A DNA stretch of 64,000 bases from Salisapilia sapeloensis CBS 127946 (GCA_023334545.1 JAADVB010000043.1:33878-97877); one strand, 5' to 3'. Positions 1 to 11,855 are shown, counted from the first letter of the stretch. Numbers and translations: made by a program. The notes: a model not told the origin generated them from the sequence alone.

Positions 1-784
1 CGATTGCTCACGTTCTTCCGTCGGCATCACATTAGCATATGTGCCATAAAGCTATTTAAATGGATTAATGGCTCAGCAATAGTGTATTTATATGAGTAAA
101 TAAGGAGTCCGGACTGACCATTCGGACGGTGATGAAGCCAGCTTGATTCGCTGCCTTAATTTCATAAAACGCTTTTCTGCCGACAAAGACAACAGCAGAT
201 GGTGGTAACATTAAACGCCTACTAATCTCTTTCATTGCGACAGTCAGCTGACTCACAGTCGGGTTTGCAGCTACACTAACGCTTTCCTGGAAGAAATCGG
301 ACAGTCCGAGTGTTTGGAGGCGCTCCAACTGCACTTCTCTTTTACCAATGAGCACGAGCCCCAGGCGATAGTTACTAGCTCTTAATTCCTCCAGCGTCTT
401 GTTCGAGTGCTCGAATGGTTCAATCGTCTGCGCTTCTGGAATTCGACTGGCGTAATAAGCATCGACGACCCTCGATCCAGCAGCCGAAGACAGCTTCCCA
501 TCCTTCACAAGGCTATCTACGAAAAAAGGGAAGCGTTCTCGATATCCGTACGCAGCGCGAAAAAGCTGAATGGCTTCCACAGCCTCACTTTCGCTCACAA
601 ATGCATGCTCCTCGACCAATTGTTGGACGCCTCGGTCGATGGCGAAGTGAGCGAGGGATCCCGTATGGTCATACAATACATCATCTAAAATCATGACAAC
701 AGCCTGTATTCTCCTCTTCTTGGGGTCTATTTGAAAGCTGTTCATTGTTTCATGTAGCTCATGCATAGAGATAGATGCTGCCAT
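1..784 (-). CDS. HAD-superfamily (subfamily IA-like) domain protein with degenerate catalytic motifs; runs off the left edge of the window
   Basis: Exon 1 is 784-119, then a 67-nt GTCAGT..TAG intron (118-52), then exon 2 from 51 (LYGTYANVMPTEEREQ...). HAD-like layout: AVVMILDDVLYD (motif I), YRLGLV (motif II region), VVFVGRK..EIKAANQAGFITVRM (motif IV region). Confidence 0.65.
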
Positions 785-940
785 TCGGTCTCGAGACCGT
801 TAAATGAATTTGTATCGTGCTTAGCTGTCAACTTGAAGCTCGTATCGAAATGTTACATCTACTTTACGAAGGAATTTGTATTGCGTTGGTGCAGTGTTTT
901 ATGGACGCGGTAATCACCAGCATAAAGAAGGTGGAGAATC

Positions 941-1759
941 ATGGCCGAGCGCAGTGCGGCACAGGACGCGGTGATCAAGGTCTTGGTACTTGGAGATGCT
1001 GCCACGGGTAAAACGAGTATCATCAAGAGGTATGCCTCCTTTGCAGTGAAAGAACAGAATCCCGTAGCAAATTATCATGGGGGTTTATCGAATAGATATG
1101 TTCATGATGCCTTCTCGGAGCAGCATCGAACGACTATCGGCGTGGATTTTGCACTGAAGGCTGTCACTGTGGATGGAACGACAGTCCGTCTTCAGCTGTG
1201 GGATATTGCAGGTACAATCTCTCCTTTGAAGGTGCTTCTACACTGGGTTTTAATGGAATCTGCATGCAGGTCAAGAGCATTTTCGAGCTCTAAACCGAGT
1301 ACCACTACAGATATGAATCTTCCTGCTACTATATCTCTGATGAACTACTTGTAGGTGTACTATAAAGATGCACTTGGAGCTCTCCTCGTGTACGACATGT
1401 CTCGACCGGAAACCTTTGACAGCGTCTTGAAGTGGAAGCACGAGATTGACGCGAAAGTCGAGCTTCCGAATGAAAAGCCGCTTCCTGTGATCCTTTGTGG
1501 AAACAAATGTGACTTGGCGAATGGTGCGGACGCGACGGCATTGGATGAATTGTGTGAACAGCATGGATTTGCCGGGTGGTTCGAGACATCTGCAAAGGAG
1601 AATACGAACATTGAGGAGGCCAACCGTGCACTTGTGACGAACATTTTGGAGCATCAAGACATTTTTGAAAAGAAGCTGCAGTCAAAGCGTACGGACACGG
1701 TCCGTCCATCGCAATCAGACTCTACGAGTGCCCAATGCAGTTATTGCTGCACCTTTTAA
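941..1759 (+). CDS. RAB32: Rab GTPase, Rab32/38/29-like
   Basis: Four exons: 941-1029, 1096-1211, 1270-1298, 1355-1759; introns of 66, 58 and 56 nt, all GT-AG and in frame. Motifs [21 protein letters not shown] (the Ile is diagnostic of the Rab32/38 group), NKCD, ETSAK and a C-terminal Cys cluster. Confidence 0.8.
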
Positions 1760-2945
1760 ACACTTGGATGCTAAAGGCGGTACGAATCAAATAACATGGC
1801 AACGGTACTCTTAAATGACGTTGCATTTTATTCCTGCCTTGCATCAAAAACTGGTTCATTGATACACAAAGGTGATATTCAGATACTCTTCATGTCATCA
1901 TTGAAACCTCTTGTGCTTCTTTCTTTCTACACAGTTCAGGCAGATAAGCAAGCGCCATCAATACATATTTACCATCATGGTTCGACCGTATTAGTAGATA
2001 TTTTAAAGTAGAGCATGGCAGCATGAAGGTGGACTGAAAGAAGCTTAAACCCATGCAAGTACGTTTTGTAGGTTCAAGGTGAGAATCAGTTATGCAGCGC
2101 TCCTTGGAATATGACAATACTGCCTCATCCCCTTTGCACGCCCCCATGTAGATAGATAGCGTAAGAAAACAACTGGGCACCTAGAATCAGCATGCTATAA
2201 GTTTGGATACCCTAGGGGACTACACATACGCTTAAGGAAGTCATGTACGATGACATCGTTATAATTACGAAGCTTAACATAGAACATTTTTCCTGTTTAT
2301 AAACAGCTTAGTGATTGTGTATGACTTGGTCGCCTGTTACAAGGTTTCTAATCGTGTCGTAGCTTTGGGCGTAAAGTGGATCATCTAGTAACAGTAGTTA
2401 AGTATCCGATACAACCAAATCCTTTAAGTGTCTGCCTTTTGTATCGAGCGCTTTTAAAGTAATTGGGCTTAGCTACCCTGTCAAACTCTTATAATTCCTA
2501 AGCTTTGGAAACCACCGCCTATGACGGCTAGAGCAACAGAAATGTCATGCAAAATGATAGACATCTGTCATGCTTCTTATACTTTGTATCTTATAAGAAT
2601 GTCCGTGTTGCCGACAGCATAAACGAAATGACCACCGTCGGAGGCACTCAGTATGATTTTATCCGACTTGTAGTTCATATAGAAACTCTAGCTCTATCGA
2701 CTAGACTAAAACCTACTAACCAACCGACTTTGATATAACAAATGATTTAATCTACCAGTTTTTCCTTTAAGTAACTTGTCAGGACGATGACTACGAACAA
2801 AATGCCTTTGAACTCATCTATGTATCGACCATGACGACGTCAACTCTAGCTTGACAGAGGAGGTAAATCAACACTGCAACTATATCAGTTAGAATGAAAT
2901 TTGAAGTTCGTAACAGTACTCATTGAGTGGCAAACAAATCCCCGA

Positions 2946-3434
2946 ATGATCATGGAACGAGTAGCTCGTGACGGACGGATGCTCGTGCGCACGTTTGCCT
3001 CTAAGAGCAAGCAGGCGAAGAAGTCAAAGGGTGTCTCGGGTGATGGCAACTTTGAAATGATGCTCCGCGCCATTCGTGGCCGAACACCTGACGCGTAAGC
3101 TCCACATTCACACTCGTGCTACATCCACCTTGCTTTATTGACAACGCTTATATCCTCTAGCGAGCCATTCACAGATGAAGAGAAAGCTCGTCATGCCGAG
3201 GTGGCCAAGGTGTTCAACCGCAACACGACGATCGAGCACAATCACTTCATGAAGGACTTGCAGACGAAGATCGATCTCAAGTGGGACGCCATCAATGCTC
3301 TTCCGGCAGAACTGCAGGAAGAAGCTCTCGAGCAAGACTTTGCGCCTCCTCCACCAGGCCGATTCATGGCGACGTGGACGCCACCGATCCCTGGCTTCAA
3401 GCGTTACGTTGGCCAGGAAGATGAAGACGACTAA
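2946..3434 (+). CDS. MRPL40: Mitochondrial ribosomal protein mL40 (MRP-L28 family)-like
   Basis: Exons 2946-3094 and 3161-3434 with a 66-nt GTAAGC..TAG intron. Basic, presequence-like N-terminus and C-terminal AINALPAELQEEAL...P.R..ATWTPP pattern typical of mL40. Confidence 0.6.
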
Positions 3435-3480
3435 CTAGACAACAAGCACGCTTCCTAAACCATATTCGTACATTCTATCT

Positions 3481-6395
3481 CTACATTACTTGATCCTTGG
3501 TCTTTTCCGCCGACGGATGCTTGTACCACCACTCCTTCACGTTACGTTGGATCACCAGCGACGCCAAGGCATGCGTCTTCATTCGGGCAAAGTTCTTTCG
3601 ACATAAAGCACCTCGAGTAGCCGCCTGGACTTTGATCGTCACGTTCTTCGCCTGGAGAAAGCTGCGTCTCGCGAGCATCGATCGAGTCGCTGCTTGCACA
3701 GTCACTGCCGCTCGTTCCCGTTCCGACAGTTCCGTCGGCTGTTTGACGAGAGGCGTTTCCATCGACTTGGCTGCTTCATGCAACCTCCTTGTCGTCTCTC
3801 GCATCTTCTTGTAATTCCGTCGAAGGAGCCACAGACGAACGTTGTGCTGCAAGACTTTAACTTCATCTTCCAACGAACTACGCTCTTCGGGACCCATGAG
3901 CTCCATCGCTCCTTCCAGCTTAGACTGGTGCGCTTCATCATCTGCAATGGCACTCTTGACATCCGAGTCCATCGCATCACTTTCATAGTTCGACACGACG
4001 TCATCTCGCAAAGGAGACACGAACGGAGAGTGCATACTAGCATCCCCCACACTACTCGCTTCTCCTACACTCTCCTTCCGTCGAGATGACGAGTCTCGAC
4101 TAAAGCTCAGTGTCAACGCGCACTTGTCATGCAGACTCATGGTCGAGAACGCACCCATGAGGAACTTGCGATTCGTCTCGTGGTTTTCATTCGTATACGT
4201 TGCTTGCATCCCTCTCCCTCCACCTACTTGCTCTTCGTCGGATGCAACGTTCATACGCAGTCGCTTGGCCATATCCGCCTGCCCTGACTTTTCAGCTCGA
4301 TCAGCAGGTGTGCAGCCATCAAAGTCGAGGGCAAAGAGATCAGCACCCGACGTGAGCAGGACGTCGACAACTTGCTGATGACCACAGCCTGCTGCTAGGT
4401 GCAGAGCTGTCTGACCTTGTGTGCTCTGCTGATTCACGTGTGCGCCGTGAGACAGTAACAAGGGAACGAGACGAACGTAGTTATAAAAGCAAACGTAATG
4501 CAAGAGACTCAGTCCGGTCTCGTCTAAAGAGTTGAGCTCCTCCAAGAGCTCATCGCTGGAATGTGCGACGGCTACGAGTTGCTGCACGACGCCTTCAAGT
4601 AACGAGTCAGAGAGAGATTCAAGCTCCTGGTCACTTAATTGGTCCACCGTTCCGTCGTCCGCAGCGCCTGTCGGAGACGACAGTGGCGTCGGCTCTCCAC
4701 TAGAAGCAAACGCTGGTGTCTGCTGGTCTGATGTGTTGTCTATGGAAGCTTTCTCGTCCACAAAGTTGGCGAAGGGACTGGAAGACGTGATGGCATTATG
4801 AAACTCGGACAATCGCTCGACAATTCGAATCTTACACTGTCGATCGTCGACTATCATGTACTAGTTATAAAGGATCAAATGTGTTGATGTAGAGAATGGG
4901 GACGTACGTTCTGAGTCACCAAAGGAGAAGAGGTTGGAGACATCAAGAGCGGTGGAGCTTTCTGGTATATTCGTAGGCGTGATAGCGTAGCGACTGCGTT
5001 TGCCAGTACCTTTGATCATGTTCGATCCTTTTAAAGGCGATGTAGATTGTACTGGTGTATCCACATCTGTATCCATGAACTTTTCATTGTACAAAGCTTT
5101 TCGTCCGACTGGAAGAGGCGGTGATACTTGGTCTAAACTACGATAGCTAAAGGACTTGATGCTAGACACGCGTACTAGTCTCGCGTTGTCGTCACGCTGT
5201 GCGACGAAGAGGTCGACGATGCCCGACTCCTTGGCTCGTGGAGCTAATTCAGTCATTAGATCATGAAGAAGAAAGGTATTGGAGAGATGGCTACCTGTAC
5301 AGCGAAGGACTGTGTCGGACACACGCTCAGTAGCGACAGGTGAATGATTGCCAAACTGGACAACCACCTCTGGCTCATTTTCGCTAGTGACTTTCGTAGG
5401 TAGACTGGCATGGAGGCATACGAGGATCTTTGCACCGCCATGAACAAAGTCCCAGTCGGGTGAAAAGTCAGAGATATCGACGACTGGATCTGATACACTT
5501 TCTCTTGTATCATCTGTAGGTGTCGGGATGTATGGGACGTCCTGAAAGTCTAACATGTCGTTGAATGAAAGCCTGATGTCGTCACTGTCTTGGCGTAAGA
5601 GCTGATCTGCAGAGACGCAAGTCGAATTTTCTCCTACTGTGTCATGCAGGAGATCCATGTCGAAGTCATTTTTCATGATACTGTCGACGGTTTCATCAGA
5701 TAAATTAGCCTGAATCGAGTTATCTGAAGATGGTATCGTGGAGGCTTGGGAAGATGGCTGTACGGGATCCGGAACGGTAGAAACACTCTTGTCTCCCGCT
5801 CGACTGACTTTCTTATTTGCTTCATCGAAATAGTGAACGAGGACGATATGGTGGCTCGAATCTCGAAGTCCATAGCTCCGACGATGAAAAGTCTAAATGG
5901 ATACTTGAGCCCCATAGATACTTTTTATAAGACAATGGATGGAGACGTACGCTGACTTCGGATGAATGGACGTACGTTCCGAGAATAGTGGTCTCCCGAT
6001 TGACAACTAGCTTCGCTCGATCTTCACGAACCTATGATATACGCATTAAGCACTGTTTAACGAATAAAGAGAAGAGGAGGTGTACTCGTCCAGTGTCTTT
6101 CCGAATCTGCCATTTCCATCCATCGTTCTTAAAGTTAGGGAGTACAGAGGAATCGTACAGCAGGAGCGTTCCACCTATAGCCAGACAATACGGTGAGTAT
6201 GTGCACGACATGTCGAAATCCGGTGGCAAGTCTCATCTTACTTTGGCACCGAGGATGGACCTGTGTGTGAAGTGGCCATCCAATCCGGTCTTGGTGCGTG
6301 AGGACGAATGCTAGCTCATCTTTGACAAGCCAACGTCGAGTCGCTGCTTCTTGGATGCGAGCTGCACGACCAGCAATCGTGCTGCCGTCAAACAT
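3481..6395 (-). CDS. CAMTA: Calmodulin-binding transcription activator (CG-1, TIG, ankyrin and IQ domains)
   Basis: Spliced CG-1 domain (WLVKDEL..SGTLLLYD..FKNDGWKW..VREDRAKL..YVHS..TFHRRSY..IVLVHY), TIG (ISDFSPDWDFVHGGAKILV..VLRC), ankyrin repeats (GLSLLHY, GQTALHLAA) and IQ-like motifs (VQAATRSMLARR, VQAATRGALCRK). About five short introns; exact start codon uncertain. Confidence 0.88.
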
Positions 6396-6679
6396 CGCAC
6401 TTATGTCCGACAGTTTGTGCTTTGTACCGAGGCCTTTTTATTTTGCAGCTGAATAGACGCGGTACATACTTTATTCAAGTTGATGAGCAGTGGTCAGTGA
6501 ATCAATACAGGATCGCGTGTTGAACCCAAAATGATTCTAAACACTCCCATCTCATTTCTTAGAAGACACAGCAGGATGCGCATTTTAATCGTACTTGTGG
6601 TGGAAGCACGGCTCAAGAGTACACAAAGCGTCAGAATAATATGTTTGCATTATTTGCCGTGCCACTGATGGATTACCTA

Positions 6680-8420
6680 GTTGTGTACATATAAGTCTTA
6701 CAAGAAAAGTCGGAGAATCGAGTTAGATACGCTTCTACTTGGACCAGTCACTAAAAAAATGGATTTCTGGTTCTCGAATAAACTAGAGGATATAATTTTC
6801 AGTTGGTGCCTTTGTGTGATATTGGTATGGAGCCGATTGATTTACAAAGAGCTCGAGCTCATGTCATCATGGCCAGGTTTCCATTAATCCACTCTATGGT
6901 TTGCAGTGTGGTCGTATGGATCTGAAACCATTCTAGCAGGCTTCAAGAAAGCAATCGTTGTAACCCAAAAGACTGATTCGTGGTTTAACTTTTCTTGTGC
7001 TGGAATCGCGCGACTCTGGAAAAAGTGGATCCATTTTTGTCTTTTCACTTTGACAATTGGATGTTTCGCACATAGTACTTTTGAGCTGATAAGACCTGCG
7101 ATAACTTCGCACATTGCTTTTACTCGAAGACAATTAGTTTCATTGGTTTGTGATAAACTCATAAAATCTTTATTTCTTTTTATAAAATTATATCGCTCTG
7201 TTCAATTGCTAGTTTCCAATCTCAATTTGTTTCTTGGTGGCCAGTAACTACCATCACAATGATAGCAATGATGTTAGTACTGAATTCGTTCGCTGCTCTT
7301 AAGCAAGGTACAAGCTGTCCAAAGAAATTAATGTTTGTACATAATTACGAAAAATTTACTGCCATTACCGAGCAGTAAAGTTGCCATCGACAAAGAGATA
7401 CTTTGTAGCCCCTAACTCTAATTGAATACACAACAACAATGGACTAAAGTTACACGCACTAAAGAACCTAGATTGTACTGTCGCGGAAAAACGGAAGCAT
7501 GCGAAGTATTGATTAAAATGAAGTCACTCATACAGCAATGTACCACGGTTTGCCATGGAGCAGTGACTCTCACAAGATTTCGCTTTCAATTCAGCAGCCT
7601 CTTTATAATTTATATTTAAATCAATACTGTAGTATTTTGCCAATGCCAAGTTTCCATCAACAAATCTATAGACTCAAAGTCTTGTCTTTTGTCATTTCTT
7701 GCATTTCAATTCATTGCTTTTAGCAAAGACTGCACTTTAGTCACAACGTCACCTTAGCTTTTGTACACGATTTGTGGAAAGGAGAATCTACTTTGATTTG
7801 GCGCATGCTGTCCAATGCAACTGAAGATTGATCTTGCACACTTGCAGGTAACCAAAGTACCAAGGTAAGAAAGCACATACACAGCTTTTTGTATCCTATT
7901 TTCTCAATATGAACTGTAAACGGAGTCACTACATTTGTAACTCGAGCAGCTTTAAAATTTGGTTCAAGTTTGGATATGGAAACTCAGGATCGTACTGATT
8001 ACACTAAACCACAGTTGCTCACTTCATTTACTGCATGTTACTTCATGCGCATCACTGTCTCTATTCATTATATACTCTATGCTCCTAGTCGACTTCAACG
8101 ATACTTCATTCCTATCGATCCCACTAGATCTGCGTTCTTGCATACGCAGCTAGTCTTCCTTCATTGTGTGGTAGATCATCCTTCATGCATGCTACATAAT
8201 TGCGACGCTCTTCACGCCTAAAAAGGATAGAATGGTCGATTAGTTGCTAGGACAAGTAGGTCATTTTTGCGAGATGTGTCCAAAACTTCGCGCGTGTCCA
8301 GTCTTCTAGTGCCATGTCACATTTTCAGTATGCTAGGTCAATATGCCTTGCTTCCGACCTAGAAGGTATGATGGCATCAACCCTACTTTGAAAAGTTTCC
8401 GTGCATCTTCCATGCGGATG
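6680..8420 (-). other. Possible intron-dense gene of unknown function (unresolved)
   Basis: AT-richer stretch with short open segments flanked by AG/GT, e.g. 8217-8146 (REERRNYVACMKDDLPHNEGRLA) and about 7994-7933 (YDPEFPYPNLNQILKLLELQ). No recognisable domain. Confidence 0.25.
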
Positions 8421-8543
8421 TAGTCACCCTGTTAACCTTTTCAAGATCGCGTCAAGGTACATCTGGATGAAACCGAATAAAGCCTAGTGCTGTCATTTTA
8501 GTTTTATCTTCGTACAGCTCACTTCACCTCAAGATCTTCATCC

Positions 8544-9724
8544 AATGCGTTCAGCAGTCATCGTTACTGGAGCTTCACAAGGCTACGGTCGTAGCCTCGT
8601 TATGGCCTTCGCAAACAATATTCCTGAAGGAGATATCGACTTTGTAAGCTATCTATAAATTAATTTGTTGTAAATGTGAATAGTATCTCACTTATATACT
8701 AGTACTTGATGGCGAGAAATGAAGATGGCTTAAAGCAAACCGAGTCGGAGCTGCGTAAAGCATGGGATGCCAAGGTCTATCGCTCCTTACCACATTTGAA
8801 GCTGCAGACTGATCGTGCAAGTAGAAAGTTACCAATCGTGCTGTGGGAAGCTTCTTGATGACGGTCGATCTTTCGAATCCTACCGACTACACAGTCAAAA
8901 TCGACGCTGTTATCAGCCAGGTACTGGTTATGCGTCAAGTTTTACTACATATCATTAATTTATCCCGACATTTAGTTGAAAGCGGGCAACTACGATCGTC
9001 TTTACTTGGTTCATAATGCTGGTTCTTTAGGTGAGCTTGGTTATGCACAAGAAGTAAGCTCACCTGAAGCCATCAGCTCTTACATGGAGCTGAATGTGAA
9101 CTCTCTCATTTGGTTTAACAAATGGTATTTCCTATCGCTTCAAAACTCACATGGATTGAGCTGATGATCATGTAGTTTCATCGAAGTATTTGGAGCGAGT
9201 CGGGAGGAGCTTGACAATAAGACGCCACCAGAGACAGACCAACGCTCTCTTATAATCAACATCACTTCGCTTTGTGCAATCGAACCGTTCGTGACCCAGC
9301 AGCTCTATTGCCTAGGAAAAGCTGCACGAGACATGCACGTACGCGTGATTGCGGGCGAGCAAGAGCCATCTCCGAAGCTACGTCTACTGAGCTACTCGCC
9401 AGGTCCTATGGACACTGACATGCATGTGACCATGCGTGGCTCGGACAAGCTTCGCAAAGACCTGAACGAGATGTTTAATAGCCTCAAGACAGAGGTTTAT
9501 CTACTAGACATATTATACTTAACAGTGGCTAATATGATTGTAGGACAAGCTGGTGAAGACGGATGAGTCGGCTCGCCGTGGTGTCTGCTTGGCTTTGAGT
9601 GGCAAGTTCGAATCGGGCGCTCACATTGACTACTTTGGTAAAGTTTTTGCTTACTACTGACATCTTCATTCGATTGAAAGTGGCTGTGCACGGTTAAATA
9701 GACGAGACCGCGTTGCCGTATTAA
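8544..9724 (+). CDS. SPR: Sepiapterin reductase-like short-chain dehydrogenase/reductase
   Basis: About seven exons. TGASQGYG (cofactor binding), LVHNAGSLG, INITSLCA (catalytic Ser), YCLGK (YxxxK), LSYSPGPMDTDM. Final intron 9638-9701 gives a C-terminus HIDYFDETALPY*, matching the SPR C-terminal pattern. Confidence 0.82.
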
Positions 9725-9781
9725 ACGAAAGAGGAATGCAAATACAACGCATTGAATGCTACATGCTGTTTATTCTGTTTC

Positions 9782-10600
9782 TTATATGTGATAGACATGT
9801 CCACTCATGATGCTTACACTTTTCATCTGTGCCATCGCTCGTTCGTTCTTGCTTTTCATCTTACGATCGTGCCATGCACGTCGGCTTTCATCCTGAAACT
9901 CGGCTTCCCAACTAATCCCAGGAACCTTGACAAGCTTCGCGCATGTAGAGGATGGCAAGAGCTGCTGGTAGGTTGCTATCGTCGCGACTTCCTCCACACC
10001 AGCAACGTTGCCTTCTATCCGAAGTCCCTCTCCAAGCAATGGGAATCCAACCTTTGTGAGCAAATTCAAGTCCCATATAGCGAGTGTGTTCCAAGGACTT
10101 GTTCTGCCATTAAGCTCAACGGGTTCTGAAGATGCCTGGAAACTATGACCAGGAAGCGCAGCACCAACAACAAGATCGGAATCCAAGTCCATGCAGTTGG
10201 AAAGGTAGGTGATAGCAGTAACATCCACCTCGATTTCCACAGATTGCAGGATAAGCTTTGTGATGTTGGATGGGAAAGCAGTGGCAGCTTTGGACACGAT
10301 GGCGTTCAGAGCTGGGACAAAGTGTCCCCAGTACGCAATTGGAATGATATGGATAGAAAAGGAAGATTCTAGTGCGTGAGATGTTAATCGGTTCAACAGG
10401 CTGTAGATAGAGGCTGCAAGAGGAGTTGTAGAGTCATGCGCAGGGTTTGGAAGGCCAAACGCGATCAAAACGCCATTGGAATAGCCCTTCGCTCGTTCAC
10501 AAAACTGCAGTAGCTGTTGCAATTCACTATCAACATCAATCGGAGCAGAGGTATCATGATAGGACCAGTGAGTCCTGGTGCCGACAACAGTATCGCTCAT
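9782..10600 (-). CDS. Conserved-looking hypothetical protein (272 aa), possible divergent GT-A glycosyltransferase fold
   Basis: Intronless ORF with globular alpha/beta composition and motif-like blocks WGHFVPALNAIV, VVGAALPGH, GRTSPWNTLAIW, KVGFP, GVEEVA. Fold assignment is inference. Confidence 0.7.
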   Translation of the reverse strand: MSDTVVGTRTHWSYHDTSAPIDVDSELQQLLQFCERAKGYSNGVLIAFGLPNPAHDSTTPLAASIYSLLNRLTSHALESSFSIHIIPIAYWGHFVPALNAIVSKAATAFPSNITKLILQSVEIEVDVTAITYLSNCMDLDSDLVVGAALPGHSFQASSEPVELNGRTSPWNTLAIWDLNLLTKVGFPLLGEGLRIEGNVAGVEEVATIATYQQLLPSSTCAKLVKVPGISWEAEFQDESRRAWHDRKMKSKNERAMAQMKSVSIMSGHVYHI

Positions 10601-10899
10601 TTGCGTTGGAAGTTGTCAGCCACACGTTCTCTGAGTATAACTTCAATAGGAGTTGTTCATCTGCATCAGAGCGATAACTCTGTGCGCGTACACGGAAGGT
10701 ATCGATGGATTTGCACACAATACGATAGGACCATTGGAAACAGAAAAAAGGAGAGGCACTCGAATTGTAGTGCGTAACTTTATTCTTGTTCGCTTATATG
10801 TTGGCTGCTTCTTGTGAGACGTGGCTGTCGTACGTGGTTTGCATCGTGGCTTTGTAGGGCCGTCTTGTAGCTACAACGCTTCGAGTCTCTACTGTATGC

Positions 10900-11549
10900 C
10901 TAGATGGAATAGAGACCAAACACAGGCACCGTGTCCGATAGATCCTATGCACATTCAAACGTAAGTCTTCTCGTCCAGGCGATGGGTATTTGCATCATTC
11001 TCAAGGACATACTTGTAGTCGAGAAGATTTGATGATGCATCCACATTCCACCACTTCCGAGCCAACTTTTGCGATGAGTTCACAAGTAGCTTTCAATGTA
11101 CTTCCCTATGGACCATAGCAGTCAACTTCGTATAAAATTAAAACGCTAAAGTACGTCTAACTCACTGTCAAGACCATGTCGTCGATGATTGCGACGCGAC
11201 TACCGGCCGGGATCGCATCGTCATGGATCTCCAATCGGTTCGTCGTAAATCCTGTCTTAAACTCAACGCCGACGGTATTACCAGGCAGCCTCCGTGCCTT
11301 GCGTATAGGCACGAACGGAAGTTTTAACGCCAATGCCAGTGGCGGTCCAAAGAGAAAGCCTCTCGCTTCACAACTGGCAATATGCGTGAGCTCTTGGTCC
11401 GCATATCGTTTCGCGAGTGCATCAATCGTAGCTTGGAAAGCCTCGGGTTGTAGCAAAAGTGTGGTCACGTCTCCGAAATGCACATCCGGTTTCACTGACA
11501 TAACACGGATGTGTTCCTGCAGCAGCTCCTGTATCTCGTCCTCCGCCAT
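10900..11549 (-). CDS. APRT: Adenine phosphoribosyltransferase-like (type I PRTase)
   Basis: F.DVTTLL, ASCEARGFLFG, LPFVPIRKARRLPG and PRPP loop IIDDMVLT|GST (split by a GTGAGT intron). Exon 2 reads GSTLKATCELIAKVGSEVVECGCII; last exon DLSDTVPVFGLYSI*. The frame stays open upstream to 11753, so the start may be earlier (e.g. ATG at 11594). Confidence 0.8.
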
Positions 11550-11855
11550 CTTGCGTAGCGGAAGTTCAGAAAAATAGGAACATACACGTCTCATCTCCTG
11601 CCGATTGCGTCGATCATTGCGAGATCGTTGCCCTATCTGTTTTCGCGCACTGTTACTTACGCCGGCAATAAACTGGGCCGACTGTTGTACCTCGCACACT
11701 ATACGACTAAACCGGAAGAGCCGGGTATCGACCAGGGGTGCCGTCCGGAGCACGCACTTTCGTCTTCGAGCGTAGCGTCATCCACTACCTTGCTTCTGCT
11801 CTAGTTGTACTATTTGTTCGTTGCCAACTTGCACCCAGAGTGTGAATAGAAGAGG

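Noticed and set aside
8490-8530. Oomycete INR/FPR-like core promoter upstream of SPR (tcattttagtttta, tcacttc)
   Set aside because: Imperfect, low-information match; cannot be supported without TSS data.
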